Of a stretch of 64,000 bases of DNA, positions 23,739-37,959 are shown piece after piece. The notes under the pieces were generated by a model that saw only the letters and a program-made list of their open reading frames with translations, was not told the DNA's origin and did not search any database. The DNA comes from Vicugna vicugna (Eukaryota). Within the stretch, counting starts at the first letter, position 1, and every line of letters starts with the position of its first letter. The translations under genes were made by a program, and so were the position numbers. The stretch spans positions 248,001 to 312,000 of the forward strand of contig MU058451.1 of NCBI GenBank assembly GCA_013265495.1, given 5' to 3'.

Positions 23739-24745
23739 GTGTGCACAATGCACACATGCACTCATATACTGTGCTTAAAATTATTTATTCTTCTTGGAAT
23801 TACCATAACAGACCAAGAAAAACTATACCCTATTGTGAAAATACTAACAATTTCTAGATCTGCTGCTAAAAATAACTGCTAAAAACAAACATTCTGATGC
23901 ACGGTCTCCCTCTCAGGGGAATGCAGCTGGCTGGCCACGAACACTCCCCAGTGCACAGTCGATGAAGCGGGGCCGTCAGGGGGAAACGTGTCCTCCCCTG
24001 TTTCATAAGCTTTGCCCCCAGTGATACAAAGCTCAAAAATCTGGCATAATGAACACTCTGGAGACATCACAGCTATCCACACATTGGGAATTAGTCTCAC
24101 GTATTAGTAAAACACATGTAAGCATACTTTTTAACATCAAAATGTATTCTTACTAGAAATATATCCTAAGAAATTTGTAAGTGGTCCACAGAAGACAAAT
24201 ATTACCATGGCCAAAACAATCTTAAAATATAATAATGAAAAGTTCTTTGGAGTCTGGCCAATTTGATCTATTTCCAATAAGCCATCAACTCTCAAAACAC
24301 AAATGTGGAAATACCAGATCAGTGCCTGACACATGGTGGTTCTCCGTAATTTTTTTTTTAAACGTCCTTGGTCACAAGTTGAAGTACTTGGGAAAGAGAC
24401 AGAAGCAGACAACGTTATCCGCTTAGTTCATTTTGGGTTATTCATAGTCAGTTTGTTTCATCTACCAATCAAGCAATCTGGGGAAGGAGTTTAAATGTAA
24501 GAATGTGCTGAGAAGTCGAAAGTGGAGAAAAAGACGGGTCAGAAAGAAAAAATACACTGAAGCACGACACACAACTGGGAGAGGGCAGCCACTACAAGAC
24601 TAAAAGAGAGACACTGTTCGACCGAAGCCCGCAGACCCAGCTACAGTTCACATGTCCTGGTTTTACTTACTGCCTTGGTTTTCTCATCTTAGAAATAGAA
24701 AACATTGTATTTAATATTTTAAACTTCGTTTTGACGTTTTTGAAA

Positions 24746-24948
24746 AATTGAAGTATAGTCGGTTTACAATGCTGTGTTAATTCCTGGTGCACAGTATAGT
24801 GATTCAGTTAAACATACATATATATTCCTTTTCCTATTCTTTTTCATTATAGGCTATTATAAGATATTGAACAGAGTTCCCTGTGCTATACAGTGGGACC
24901 TTGCTATTTGTCTATTTTATATGTAGTAGTATCTGCAAATCCCAAACT
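24746..24948 (-). mobile_element. L1 3' end (artiodactyl-age), antisense
   Basis: attgaagtatagtcggtttacaatg...gttccctgtgctatacagt...caaatcccaaact. Confidence 0.88.
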
Positions 24949-24954
24949 AAACTT

Positions 24955-25215
24955 GTAACTGTGGTAAAACACACCAGATTAAAACTCACCATTTTAAGCA
25001 TACAGTTCAGGACCAATAAGTCTATTCACACTGTTTTGCAACAGCTCTCCCGACCTTTTTCATTTTGCAAAACTGAAACTCTGCACCCATTAAACAACAA
25101 CTCCCATTTCCCCTTCCCTCCAGGCCCTGGGCAAGAGCCACCACTTTCTGTTTCTATGAATTTAACCACTTTAGACGCCTCATGCAAGTGGAATCTGAAG
25201 TATTTGTTTGTGTGT
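24955..25215 (-). mobile_element. L1MB-like 3' fragment
   Basis: ttgcaaaactgaaactctgcacccattaaacaacaactcccatttccc...ctttctgtttctatgaattt. Confidence 0.85.
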
Positions 25216-26524
25216 GTGTAGATATTTTAAAGAATAATTATTTTAACACCTGGAGAGCAAGACCAGAGTTTTCATCTCACACAATCATTTTACACCAACG
25301 GCACTGTTCCTAAGCAAACCAAGCCAAAATCATATTCTTGGAAACAGAAAACCCAAGAATCATGACAGTTCAACTAGACGGAGGGATTATTATCATATAA
25401 AAGTTCTCTCTACCAAAAACTCGGTAATTTCTCAGAACTAAAAGAATTTGATCATTCTAATTCTGAAACTGGAAGTTTACTCTCATCACCCACTCCACAC
25501 ATAAATAACTTGGGTAGGATGAAGCAGGTGTTTACTGATTCTCTTCAAGTCACTGGAAGGCATGCCAGCCGCCCTGGAAGACGGTCCTATCATCTCACCA
25601 AGCCTCCAGCGACCACACAGGCATCAACCAGCACAGCTTCAGCGAGGACCCGAGCGGAGAAATTCAGAGAATGTCGCAGACACTAAGAAAACATATTTAA
25701 TGCTAGCACACGGGGATACTGCACCACAAAAAGCCAAAGCACAAAGATCCTTTAAAGTTATAATGATTTTAACAGCCACCCAAATATTTCCTCTGTGCAC
25801 TCAAAATCTAAAGTCAGTAATTACCCAAGGCATCACAGGAAATTAATGTCTCATAGGAAACTAATCTCATAGCAGATATGAGAAAAAACTTTTTTTAAAG
25901 GAACAGCATAACAATTGCAGGGGTTAGTTTTGTGAAATCCCCCCACCTAAGTTTGTTCTTTTTCTCTGTTCCCAGCATCATCAAACCTTTGGTTATGTTT
26001 AGGTCATGTCCATAGAGGTAAGGTGAAGTCACAGACACTCTAAAATTACCACTACGTGTCCTTTATTAACTACAATGGCGTTTTACGGATTATTTCTCAG
26101 CCAACCATGGGCAACAGCAAAATCCGCTGTGATTCGCTGATCAAATCCACCGCAGTAAGAAGATGTCTCCTGCCAAACGCTTCCAAGTAAAATGTCTTAA
26201 TCCAGATTCTGTGCTTACACGTCAAGATTTATTGCTGTTAGCAAATCTGTCCCTCTGTCGTGTCTTCAGCAGGCGAGCACACATAGGTGGCACTGTCTAA
26301 CCCCCTCCTGAGGGTTGCAGCAGAATCTTCCATTATCCATTGTAACCCCCTTTCTTCACTAGGGCAGCGGTGTTTACAAGGGAATTGGGACTGGATAATT
26401 TGTAAGGGTGTTTCTAGCTTTAATGTTTCTTTATGATGGTGGTCATACATATACAACTGTGATTCATTTCTTAAACCAAAAGCCTGGTGAGAGGTAAAAC
26501 AGAGATTCAATAGAGTGATGTTTT

Positions 26525-27800
26525 ACTTTTCATAAATTGAGGCAAAATTTACATTCAGTGCAATAAACAGTTCTTAAGAGTAAAGTTCAAGAGTTCTGAC
26601 AAATGAAAGCACCCAAATCCACACTCCTATCAAGATATACATAACACTGTCAATACCCAGTAAAGCTCTCATGGGCCTCTTCTCAGGCAACCTGTGCCCC
26701 CTCCCTCCACCAACAACATCTACTCTTAATTTCTATTATCACAGATTAGTTTTGCTTTCTCTAAAACTTCGAATAAAGGGAATCATACAGTAAGTACTCT
26801 TCATGCTTCTTTCAGCATAGTGTTTTTTAGATTATCCTTCTGACTGCATATATTAATAATTTGTCCCGTTTTAGCACTAAGGGTAATTCCACTGTATCAA
26901 TATATTATAGTTCATCTATTCTCTGGTGGGCATTTCGGTTGTTTCCAACGGAGGGCTTGTGGTAAACAGAATTCTAAAATGCTTCTGAAAGATTTGCCCA
27001 CCCCGCAAGGTACACACCCTGCCTCCTCCCCAGCACTGTAAATACAATGGGTTTTCCCTCCAATGATTAGGTTATGTTATACTGCACAACTGCTTTCAAG
27101 ATAGGAGATTACTGGGGAGGGCCTGGCCTAACCCTAACAAGTTTTCTCCATCAGGCAGCAGCAGAAGTCAGAGTTCAAAGCACACGAAGGATTCAGTATA
27201 CTTTTGGTGATGTGAAGATGGGGGAAACCACATGCCAAGGAATGCAAGTGACCTCTGGGAGCTGGGAGGGGCGCCCAGTCAACATGGAGCAAGCGAACAG
27301 GATCTCAGTCCCACAGCTGCAAGGTCCTGAATTCTGCCAGCAACAAGAACGAGCCGAGGGAGGAGCTTTCCCCCAACTGTCCAGGTGAGAACTCATTTTC
27401 GCTGACACCTTCATTTCACCCTGGGCAGAGAACCAGCCAACTCCATGCTCAATTTCTGCTCTACACGATGGTGAGCTAATAAGTGGGGGCTGTTTGTGGT
27501 AATCTGTTACTCAGCAAAAGAAAACTAATGGAGGGGGTAATTATATACAAGTTGCTACCAATACTCATGTCCAAGTCTTTTCACAGACATAAGTTTTCAT
27601 TTCTTGTGGGTAAATACCTGGGAGTGGAACTGCGGGCTCATGAATAAGTACATAGTTATAAGAAACTGTCGAACTGTTTTCCAAAGCAGCTTTACCAGTT
27701 TACACTCCCACCAGCCATGCATGAGAGATCTGGGTGTCCCACCACCTCACCAACATTTGGCATTTGTTAGTCTTTTTAGTTTAACTGAAATCCTAAATGT
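26525..27800 (-). mobile_element. Old L1 (L1MC/MD-like) interrupted by an MLT1 LTR
   Basis: Antisense L1 at 26525-26957 resumes at about 27533 (gttttcatttcttgtgggtaaatacctgggagtggaa...cctcaccaacatttgg). Confidence 0.85.
26958..27532 (+). mobile_element. MLT1 (ERVL-MaLR) solo LTR
   Basis: Starts tgtggtaaacagaat; internal cctgaattctgccagcaac; ends tttgtggtaatctgttactcagcaaaagaaaactaat. Confidence 0.88.
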
Positions 27801-28109
27801 GTTAGCAGCCTTCTCTACATGTAGGGTGTAATCTGGGTCTGTTTCCTTCTCGGTAGAGTTTTTATAACATTTACAGCTAACAACACCGCATTAAGCCCTG
27901 TTTTGTATTCTCCACCAGTGTCTCTTAAGGGTCAAGTTCCTCTCACTGGAGCATAAACATTGAAGGCACTGATCATGCCTTTATTCCTCTAAGTCCTCAA
28001 TTTCTTCTATCCTAGTGCTGTATCTATAGATCACGTGGTCAAATTTATATACTGACATTTCTTTTTCCTTAAAATGGTAATTAAGTAGCAACATGAAAAA
28101 ATGCTTTTG

Positions 28110-28325
28110 AAGAGGACTTGGAATTACACTTTACTTTGAATCCATCACTAGATACACAACCTTGAGCAAGTTACTTAACCTCTCTGAGCCTTAAGGGCTC
28201 CTTATCTGTAGAGGGGGACCCGCCTATACTGCACTGTGGCGGTGAGGGTTCTATGAACTATAAGGAAAGCAACTAGCCCGAAGCCTGGCATAGGAGGCCA
28301 TCAACTGAAGGCAGCTATTACTAGC
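28110..28325 (+). mobile_element. MIR SINE
   Basis: accttgagcaagttacttaacctctctgagcct...gcctggcatagg. Confidence 0.85.
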
Positions 28326-30829
28326 TCTTAGTCTGATAAGATGTTCAGCAAAAAGAAGACAGAAACAGTATCTTTCTCTCATAACTTTAAGGAAAGAACG
28401 GAAAAGAGAATACATAAAATGTTCAAAAGAGTTGCGTTAGGTAGATGGGACCATAGGTGATTTTCATTCTAATTTCCGAACCTTAAGAAATGTTTCCGTA
28501 ATTTTAAAATACAGCAATATGTTGATAACTTCTAAAACCGGGTGAAGTTTTAGTACGTGGAGGGGGAGTTATAATACCATGCTAAATTTCCCTTATACAA
28601 ACCTCAAAAAAATAGAGTATACTGTACCAAAAAAAAAGTAAATCTTTAATCTACAATGATTTCTTGATACACTAAGACCATACATTTTGTTTACTCATAT
28701 GATTAGAATGAGATAAACTCTAAATGTGCCGCATTTAACAAGTGGCAGAGTGTAAGCAAACTTTAAGTCACTTATGATATTAATTTGTTAACCCATTAGC
28801 ACTGTAATTCTGTTATACCTAAATATTAGGTTTTTAAAACCTGATAAAATATCATGGAAGAGTTACACTGTCTGTTAAATACGTTTTTAATGCAAAGAGG
28901 AATATGCTGCATAAATAAATAGTGAGTGAGTAAGGCGAAAAGTAAGAATGCTCATTTGGATTGGCTGTTTTCATCAGGCACCTGTGACCACAGAATTATG
29001 TCACTTGGACCTCTGGCCTCTTTCCTCAAGAGGTGAGCCAGGGACAGAGAAAAGGCCTCTCTGTGAATACCCTGCCTATGGATGGCATCCTGCTGACACT
29101 GACTAAAGAGTTCCTTCTTTTGATATGTAGGGAAATAAGCCTTCAAGGCCCAACTGTGCTAAGCGAGCAGTGAGTGCTACTTTGTTGGGTTGTTTCCAAT
29201 AAAAGGCTTATGCAAACAGCAGTGCAGAAATGCCTATGCTACTTCTGCAGGAGATTATACCCGCACAAAAGACAGCTGAGGAGCAGGACTGGAGAGCACA
29301 ATCACTTCTAAATACGACTCTGCCAAGTCGCCACTTCATGAAATGAAATAACACACAAATAGCACGCTACATTTCCATCTCAGCGTCTGTACCTCATCCA
29401 AGGACTTTAGAGGCTTCAACTACTGAATCAGGCTCTTCCCAATTAGTGCGCGTGTAAACCACTCTAAAGGAAGTCGCCTTGAAGAGGTGCGTTTCTTCTT
29501 CGAAGTACTAGGTTACCACTGAAGTTCCTAGGTGATCTGTTAAACAGAGTTAGTGAGAACCCCCGTGGTCTGTCAGAGTTTATACCTTTTATTCCTTTGG
29601 ATTCTAAAAGTGCCTAAGGCTCAGGGAGTAGATTAAATACCACAAGAATTTGATTCATTGATTAATCCAGCTTTCTTGAGATTGGCATTATGACCTAAAA
29701 TTCTCTAACAGGATCAAGGACCATTCAGAATTATAAAATCATGCGGGTGAAAAAGAATGTGAGATCCACCCCGTCCTGGGACTCCTGAAGTCTTCCGTCT
29801 CGAACTCCCAAACGTGGATACCCCCACGGTCTCGAGCTAGCCTTTTTTAAATATGGAAACTTATTATCATTTCCATATTAATTAAGGAGAAAGCTTCCTA
29901 AACTGTTATTAGAAGTTCAAAAAGTAACCAAAGGCTGAGACTAGACCACACTGCTTCTTTAAAAGGTTAGAGAGGATTGAGATTCCAGGGACAGAACAGA
30001 AGAGCTATGCCCTTTGGCCTTAAACACACCTGCCTGACATCCTTAAACTCTTGTGTGTTAACCAGGTTCGCTCTTCTGACTCTGCTGTTTTCTGGACCCC
30101 CTACACACTGACTTCTCCAAATAGAGCCAGAAGAAAGGGACAGTCACACACGCAGAGGACCGGAAGCGCCTGGCCTGCTCTTCATGTTGTATCGGAATGG
30201 AAGGCTTCGCAGGTGACTGATAGTAAGACTTCTCTTTTTCCTTGACAACCTCTTTTAACTGAGATCTGACTGAAAGTTTTAACTCGTTCATAAACTTGGC
30301 CTTATAAACAGAATAGACAAAAAGCTTCCCTTTGTGGAGATGCTATATTCTGAGGCAAACAATTAATTATTCATCTATTCTAAATTTCCACAGGCACAGG
30401 AGGCACCTGTGACAAAAGGCGCTAAGGACACATGTTTTGTGTTTGTCTCTAAGACCGCGTCTCTCCCAGCACATTGCTGGCTCTTAGCACCTGAGCCAAT
30501 TCTGACTCAACTTTTAACCACTGTCACTCGTGACATGCTTTTGTAAGAGGTGGAGGATTTCTTTCACCTTCCCCTCACCCCAGCTCTATCTTTTTCTGCT
30601 TTTTCCTTAGTCGTTCCTTCCTTTCATATCATTAAGAAATGACTGATCCTTGCCTGGAGGAGGGTAATAATTGTAATCAGAGGGGAAAAATTGTTAGAGG
30701 GAAAAGGAACCTTTCCTTAAAGCCCCACAGGCCACAGGAAGAGTTTACAATGAAGGAAAAAACATTTTTGACACCTGCTCTAATGTCTTTCACCTCCTTC
30801 TCGTTCTTTTTCTTTTTTAGCTTCAGATT

Positions 30830-31110
30830 AACTCACTTCATTCAACAAATATTTATTCAGTCCCAATGTCATATAATGCACTGAATCAGGCACTGGGAAT
30901 ACAAAAATGAACAGGACAAAAATCCCTGCCCTCTAGAGACCCATAGTCGAGGAAGGTGAACAGAGAAGGAGGCAAAGTTTATAAAATATGATCAGAAATG
31001 CCATCTCCAGACAAAGAGGAGAACACCTGATTTGGAAAGGGAAGGGCCAGGAAAGGCTTCAGAGAACAGCAGGTCAAGCAGGACTCCATCACATGTCTGA
31101 GGAAGGGGAG
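30830..31110 (-). mobile_element. L2 3' end
   Basis: cattcaacaaatatttatt...ggcactgggaatacaaaaatgaacaggacaaaaatccctgccctc. Confidence 0.85.
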
Positions 31111-31649
31111 AAGCAGGTACAAAATGATTTGATAGTAAAGAAAACCTTCCCCAGCAGGAGAGGAAGGTTTCCAGATTGGCCAGCTTCTCCCGTCTCTCCA
31201 ACTTTGCCGCATCCTCCTGGGTTCTACTCCAACTACACCCCAGCCATTCCTAGAAACCAGCTGGCAGAACGGGACGGGGGGAGGGGAGCAGAGAAATGGA
31301 GGCAAATTGACAAAAAAAAAAAAAAGGATTTCAAAGGTAGGACCTAAACCAGCCTGTCACTGCTACTGAGTGGGTCTTGACCAGAACGGGAAACAAAGTG
31401 TAGCATTTTCACTGCTGTACATGGACCATGGCTACATTATCCAGTCAGCTCAGAACAAGAAAAGGTCGTTTTATTCTTTTTGATGTTTTTGATGTATTTT
31501 CCCCTTAAACAGGGCCAATTTCATAAAGAAGCCCCCTTCTTTATAAGCAAAGCATCTTACTCAGATTATATCAGGTCAAAACTATTTAACAAAATGAAGA
31601 GAGAAAAAAGCTGTAAAGATACATCTTCTAAAAATCAAACACATCCAGT

Positions 31650-32250
31650 GTTTACCATGTGCGTGATGCTGGTCTAAGCTTTGCATTGGTATTCTTATCT
31701 GGTTTCCTCACACCAATATTATTGGGCTGGTACTATCATTACTCCCAATTTACTAAGGCACAGAGATGTCCAGTAAAGCTGGGAAGAAAAAGGACCAGGA
31801 TTTGAACTCCTGCAGCCTGGTTCGAGAGTCAACCTTTAGCTGTGACACTGCACACAAAAAGAATAGAGGGTGCTCAGGCTTAATGATCCCCAAGGGTGCA
31901 GGCATCATGCCAGCGAGGTGTTTTGCATGTGGTGTCCCACTGGTTCCTCTAAATACCATGAGATTGGTTAATCTTCCCCTTTGAGAGATGAAAACGCTGA
32001 GGCTCAGTGAGGTTAAGTAACTTATTCAAGATTACACAATCGAAAGACTGCAAAACACCGGTTATTTATTGGGTGCAAGTTATATGCCAGCCACTCTAAC
32101 ATGCGTTATCCCTTTGATCCTCTCAACAGCCCTGTAACATAGGTATTAACTTATCCCTATTTTATAGCTAAGGAAAATAAGGCTTAGAGAGAGGTTTGGG
32201 AATCTAATCAGAGTCAGGGTAGTAAGAACAAAAATTTAACCATGGACCAG
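31650..32250 (-). mobile_element. Cluster of three MIR fragments
   Basis: For example agatgaaaacgctgaggctcagtgaggttaagtaacttattcaagattacaca and ctattttatagctaaggaaaataaggcttagagagg. Confidence 0.8.
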
Positions 32251-32779
32251 TTGAGTCCCAAATCCCGTTTTCCCCCTCTGATGCTGCTGGAAATAAAACT
32301 TTACACACAAGCTCTGATATGCAAGGCATTATTAGGACTACACAGATGATTCCACCCCACACAGTAAGTTCACAGCATAAAGAGGGAGAAAGGGCTGCTA
32401 TACAAATCACTATAATCTCCATTCATCTATTCCTCAGCTGTTCACTGAGGTCCTCACCACGTGGAGGCCCTGTAGACAGAGCAGTGAACCGAGATGAAAA
32501 TTCCTGCCCTTCTTACCTTACAATCTAGAGAGGGACAATAAGCAAGATCCATAGGGAAAGACACAGTATGTACCACAGTGGTGCTAAGTGCTAAGGAGGA
32601 AGAAAGAATGGAGGGGGATTAGATAAGAGGGTAAGTTGGGGGCATTTCAGCTAGGGCAGCCAGGGACTCTCCGGCTCTTCACCAGACAAGAAGCAGATCG
32701 CCATCACCGTGACAGAGAACTGTCCCCTCACCTTCCCCAGTATTCCCTGACCCTCCTGAGAGCCATGGATAAACCCTAT

Positions 32780-33420
32780 TTTCTCACCTTCAAGCCTGGT
32801 ACAATCGGGCTTCTATCAGAACACTTTTTCAACCCTTGGCTTCCATGACACTGCAGGATCATGCTTTTCTTCCCACCTCCCTGATCTGTGTTGGGGCTAC
32901 TTCTCCCTGCCACCAAGCCAAATGAACAAACAAACAAAAAACACCAAAAAACAAAACAAAACTATAGATATTACTTGAACGGCAACCTTGGTTTTGCTTC
33001 TCGCTATAAAGCCAGCCCTCGTGGATCACACCTGCTGATGCAGTTTCAGGGATCACATCTGTAAAAACGGGACCCTATTTGCACTTCCAGCCTCACTTCA
33101 GCCATTGCCTGAGCTCCAGTGTCCTCCTTTCAACCCCCCGTAGACATCTCTCCTACGTGTCCACACTTTTCTGCAGAAACGCCTTTTCCTCTCTCTGCTG
33201 CTTCTCATTTTCTGCCACCCAGTGCGTTTTCTGGACTGTTCCTTCTCTCTCCATCCTCAAACCCAACAGATGTCCAAGATCCTCAGACTCCACTTTCGCA
33301 GTTCCTCCAGATCATATCACTTTCTTTCTGCAACCGCCGGGCTTTCCACACCTCTAAAGCAGGCTTCCCCAGGAACTGCTCCCCATGTCGAGGTTCTCCC
33401 TTTCTCCACTTCTATGATCA
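32780..33420 (+). mobile_element. L2 fragment
   Basis: cccttggcttccatgacactg...tctcccacctccctg; gcacttccagcctcac...cctgagctccag. Confidence 0.65.
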
Positions 33421-34814
33421 GCATCAGATTTTAGTGTCATGGTTGAATCATGTTTAACACGGTGTTAAATCACCATATAGTGCTGATCTGAGGATTAAGT
33501 GTGACAATTCTAACACCCACCTACCACAATCCCTAACACACAGTAGAGAGTCAAAAAGTGTCAATTCTCTTACTTTCACTTCCTGTGAAATCAAATAGGG
33601 ATTTGGCCTTCAGAGGCCTGTGCAATCCACCTAGTTTTCCAGGGATTTCTACCAAATATTTCCCTCCCTCTGCGGACTCAGTTCCGGCCAAACTGGAGGA
33701 CCCCGTTTTCTTAGACTCGAAGTGGTCTAGCACTTTCATGCGGACTTAGCATTCACGCATTCCATCCCATTCCACTGAGAGTGAAGTCTCTCTTGCCCTT
33801 CTCAGTCTAAATCTCCTGATCCTCTGAGGTTTGTCATCTCAGTAGCCAGCTCCTCATGGAATCTTCCCTAAGCCCTTCATACAAGAGACCTTCCCCCTCT
33901 CAATCCCCAGAAACCACCAACAACTCTGACAGCGTCTATCACTCAATCTATAAATAATTATTGATCACTTGATATGTGCCAGGCAATGTATCAGAGACGG
34001 AGGACACAAATGTAACAAAACGACCATATTCGTTAACATCATGGTTATTACTATGCACTTTTTCATTTTACACTAAGCACATTATAAACTTGAAAGTGGC
34101 CCAGCACGATGATTGTAAGCTCTTTGATGTCAGAGTCTGCGCGTTACTCATCTTCGTCTTCTCTACAGCACGTATTATGATACCTTAATACACAACGTAA
34201 GCTTAAATTGTTAAATTTGATGGTGCCCATAACAATTTTGCAATATTTCAAAAACACTTTTATTCAGAGACGTTTAAGGGGTTTATAGCAAAGAATCAAC
34301 TATTACTAAAACGCATGAGAGAAATTACTACTATTTGTAAAAATTCTACGTGAAGAAATAAGTATTACATAGCAATTAGGTGCATAACAGTTTACTACGA
34401 TTTAAATATAAAGCTAGGTAATCCTAGAGCCTCAGATTATGCCCTAGGTTCAAAGTCTAAAGAATATGTCAAAGCAACAAATAAGACAAATTCAGTAAAA
34501 CCCTCAATCCTTAGAGTAACTTTTATTACTTTTGTGTTTTGCTATTGAGTGGAGATGTGCCACGTAAAAGTCTTATGATTGGTACAAACTATGTCATATG
34601 TAAATGAGAAATTAAAATAACTGAATAAAGAACAAATTCACTGCACCGGGTCCCTGACTCAGGTGTTAAACGCAAGACTTGTAAGTTAGAGGGACAAGCC
34701 AAATATAAAGTGTGAAGAAAACCTGACAGAAGACATCTACTCTAAGTCATCCCTTAGTATTCAATGCCTCCACCAAGAGCGCTGGAACCACGGCCCTCCC
34801 TAACAAAGCCATCG

Positions 34815-34853
34815 AAAGCAAAAGCAAAAGCAAAAGCAAAAGCAAAAGCAAAA
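34815..34853. repeat. (AAAGCA)6 hexanucleotide microsatellite
   Basis: Read directly. Confidence 0.95.
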
Positions 34854-35305
34854 AGGTCAATTCTCCAGTAGCTTAGATATTGTAAAAATATGAATACATG
34901 CTCAGAGAGTGGAAATAAATCTTAACATTTCAGAACTATTTCTTGGCCCTAATACTTCCAAATGGGTAGAGTCTGATGGGGATTAAGGGCCTCTCTGTGC
35001 CTTGTGCTGAGCTGGGCACTACACCTAATCATTTGCTTTAAGCAGAATAATGAAGAACAAATCAACAGTTTAAATGCTCAACTTCTAGTGTTCAGTGTCA
35101 AAAGAACCATTATACAGTCAACTAAGAAAATTACTGAATACTACACCAACATCCATCTCCCAGTTTTAGGATACTAAAGACTGTCCATTTGTTTTTCATA
35201 AAAGCAACCAGTATCATTTATTTTGATAGAAAATCTATTCCTTAGACATTCTTGGCTAAAAAAAAAAAAAAGATTAACAACTAAAAATATTTACAAAGAG
35301 CTCAC

Positions 35306-35329
35306 CAAAAAGAAGGATCCCTGTCATTA
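35306..35329 (-). other. Candidate 24-nt microexon TAATGACAGGGATCCTTCTTTTTG
   Basis: tgctttgttcattcaccagttcatgtttcag|...TTG|gtgagc. Confidence 0.3.
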
Positions 35330-37002
35330 CTGAAACATGAACTGGTGAATGAACAAAGCAGACATTTTACCAGGAAAAGCACACGATCTGGGTTCACGTG
35401 GTAGGTCATGATAAAGATAAAACAGCATATTGCATGAAAGGTGGATCTTCAAGGCTAACCCCATCCCTTGCCAGCATGACAATACGCTTTAACAGAACAG
35501 ATGGAGAAATGACAAAGTCATGTGCATGCTCCAGTTTAAGAGGGAAAAGGTTAGACTACTACAAATAGTGAATATGATGGCAAAACACTGCAGTGAAAGC
35601 TGAGTCTTAGTTTAGTAAAACATGCAAAAGTTAACTTTTAACACACTTGAGTACATATAGCAGATTTTATGAAATAATTATAGTAAAAGAAATTATTAAG
35701 TACCTAAATATCAAAGCTTCAAATTAAAGTGATTTTAAGAGACTTAATGTTTATTGAGTGCTTAGTAAGTGCTAAGCCCTTTACATACATTATCTCATTT
35801 AATACCATCCCTATGAATCAGATATTTATCTTCTCCCCATTTTACATTAAGTGTCAGAGCTTGGGTTCATACCTCAAATCTAACTTGGTCCTTTAACTAC
35901 TACAGTAGTATATACTGCGTTAACACATATATATAAACACATACAGGTTCTTTCCCTATACAGTAATACGCACTATATTAACTTTCCTGTGAATTTAATG
36001 CTCAAACACATACACAGGGTAACTAACACACCCAATCTTCTCATAATATGGGAGTACCATATGAATTGCTCAAAGCTATACACGTTAAAGTACTTTTACA
36101 TGGAGAAGAGGAGAGAGGCAAAGCAGTGAGAATTGGTTCCTGACATGGAAAAAGGACACCAGGTTCACTCTTATTGCAGTTCCCTGAATCAGAGCCAAGA
36201 TAGGGGCATGGCTGGGACTGCTGTGGGAGGGGACAGGGCACAACTACTCATCCTGCCAGGCAAACCCTGGTCTCTCAATGCACTGACTATGCAACTTTAA
36301 TAGGCTTATACAAGCTTGGGGAGATAGGAGGGGTGAGATGCCAGTGAATACAAGTACAGCCTCGCTAAAGGACAGTTGGTGGCAAGTGTGGGAAGAGGGA
36401 AGAAGGCCTGAGAGGGCTGCCTTAATTTCAGTCTTGATGCCAAAAAAATTGTATTTCTTTTATCTTTAAGGAAGTGAAGTGGTGAGCAAGCAGAGCACAC
36501 ATTCCATGCACACGGTACGACCATTTTTAGAAAAAAGAAAAGGCCGTATTTATGCCTCTTACTTTTTAGAGCACCATTTAAGGTAAGGCTATAGTTTCCA
36601 TCACTAGTTTAAGCACTTTCCTTTTATTCTAAAAATCAAAGATCAATCAAATTCTTATTTTTGAATTAGGGATGTCAACTACATGTGGGTCTACTAAGGG
36701 TTAGATAAAGGTCTGAAAATTTTTAATGATTTATTAAAAATAAGAAAAAGATACATTTTATGTCTATTCAGAAGTCAAACTGAACAACTCTTCCAAATGA
36801 ATCAAAATATCCAATTTTAAATGGAATAGGGCAAAGTAGACATCCTTTTAGCTCAAGATAAATATGTTCCTAAAATGTAAGTAAAATGTTTTTCACATAT
36901 AAAATATAATTTTCCTAATAAATCATATGACATTGGAGAAATATGCGTTCATGAAAAAGAAAAATCACATTGATGGGCTGATCTAAAAATTTGGAGAAAT
37001 CT

Positions 37003-37052
37003 TTGACAACACTGTAAAATGACTATAATTCAATAAAAAATGTTTATATAAA
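37003..37052 (+). mobile_element. 50-bp 5'-truncated young L1 with perfect 18-bp TSD
   Basis: TSD aaaaatttggagaaatct at 36985-37002 and 37053-37070; the insert matches the L1 terminus at about 14088-14140. Confidence 0.93.
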
Positions 37053-37959
37053 AAAAATTTGGAGAAATCTGACCACATGCCTAGGAAGTGTGTATTCCAA
37101 CAGGGGTCTGCAAGCCATCAGCTGAGTCCCACCGGTTGAAGTTGATTGCTAGTAAAAATCAAAATCGATCAAAAATATTCAGAGCATGGCAGGAAAACTG
37201 CAGATGTGAGCCCTCACCACTTTGGTCAACTTAAACTTATGCAGCAGAGCCATGGAGACATAAATTATGATACTTCCCTCCTTCCCATAACAGAGCCCAT
37301 TACTTAGAATCAGAATTGCATTAATCAACATGCAGAAATTATATTTTAAAATTTATTATAAGAAAATGAAGAAAAAATTTCATTGATGTATCATATCTGT
37401 CAGAAGCTAATTCTTTAACCATCTTTCAGGTGATTTTAAGTACCAATATAGCTACAACACTCACCAATGGGTTTTCTTAGGTTCAACTAAATATTCAGAC
37501 TCAAAACTATCATAGTCAACGTCTGGCATCAATCTCTTGAGAAGGATACAGTCAAGACCAGGGTGGGCCGGCAGGGAAGCACAAGGCACTATTCTGCTGT
37601 GGAAGTGCTTCCCCGACCAGGCACCCATTCAGCTCAGCTCTATACTGGATCACTGCAGGAGCTGCCCCTTAGATGCTCCCTGTTCCACAGAAACCAACGC
37701 TTCCAAAGTCCCCATGAGGGAAATGATCATTTGTAACAGTCGCTGCACCCAGGGAACCTCAAAGCTAGGAGTCCCCCATCAGGTATTCATATTTCATTTA
37801 TCCTCCTATTTAAGATGCAGTTAACCACTCAGGGGTCATTTCTGTCATACATAATGTTACCTAGGATCATAGCTGATATATAGACTTAGCAGATTACCAA
37901 AGGAACAGTTACAAAGTTGACCAAAAGTTTAAAATGCCAACCTGAAGTATCTGGCATAT

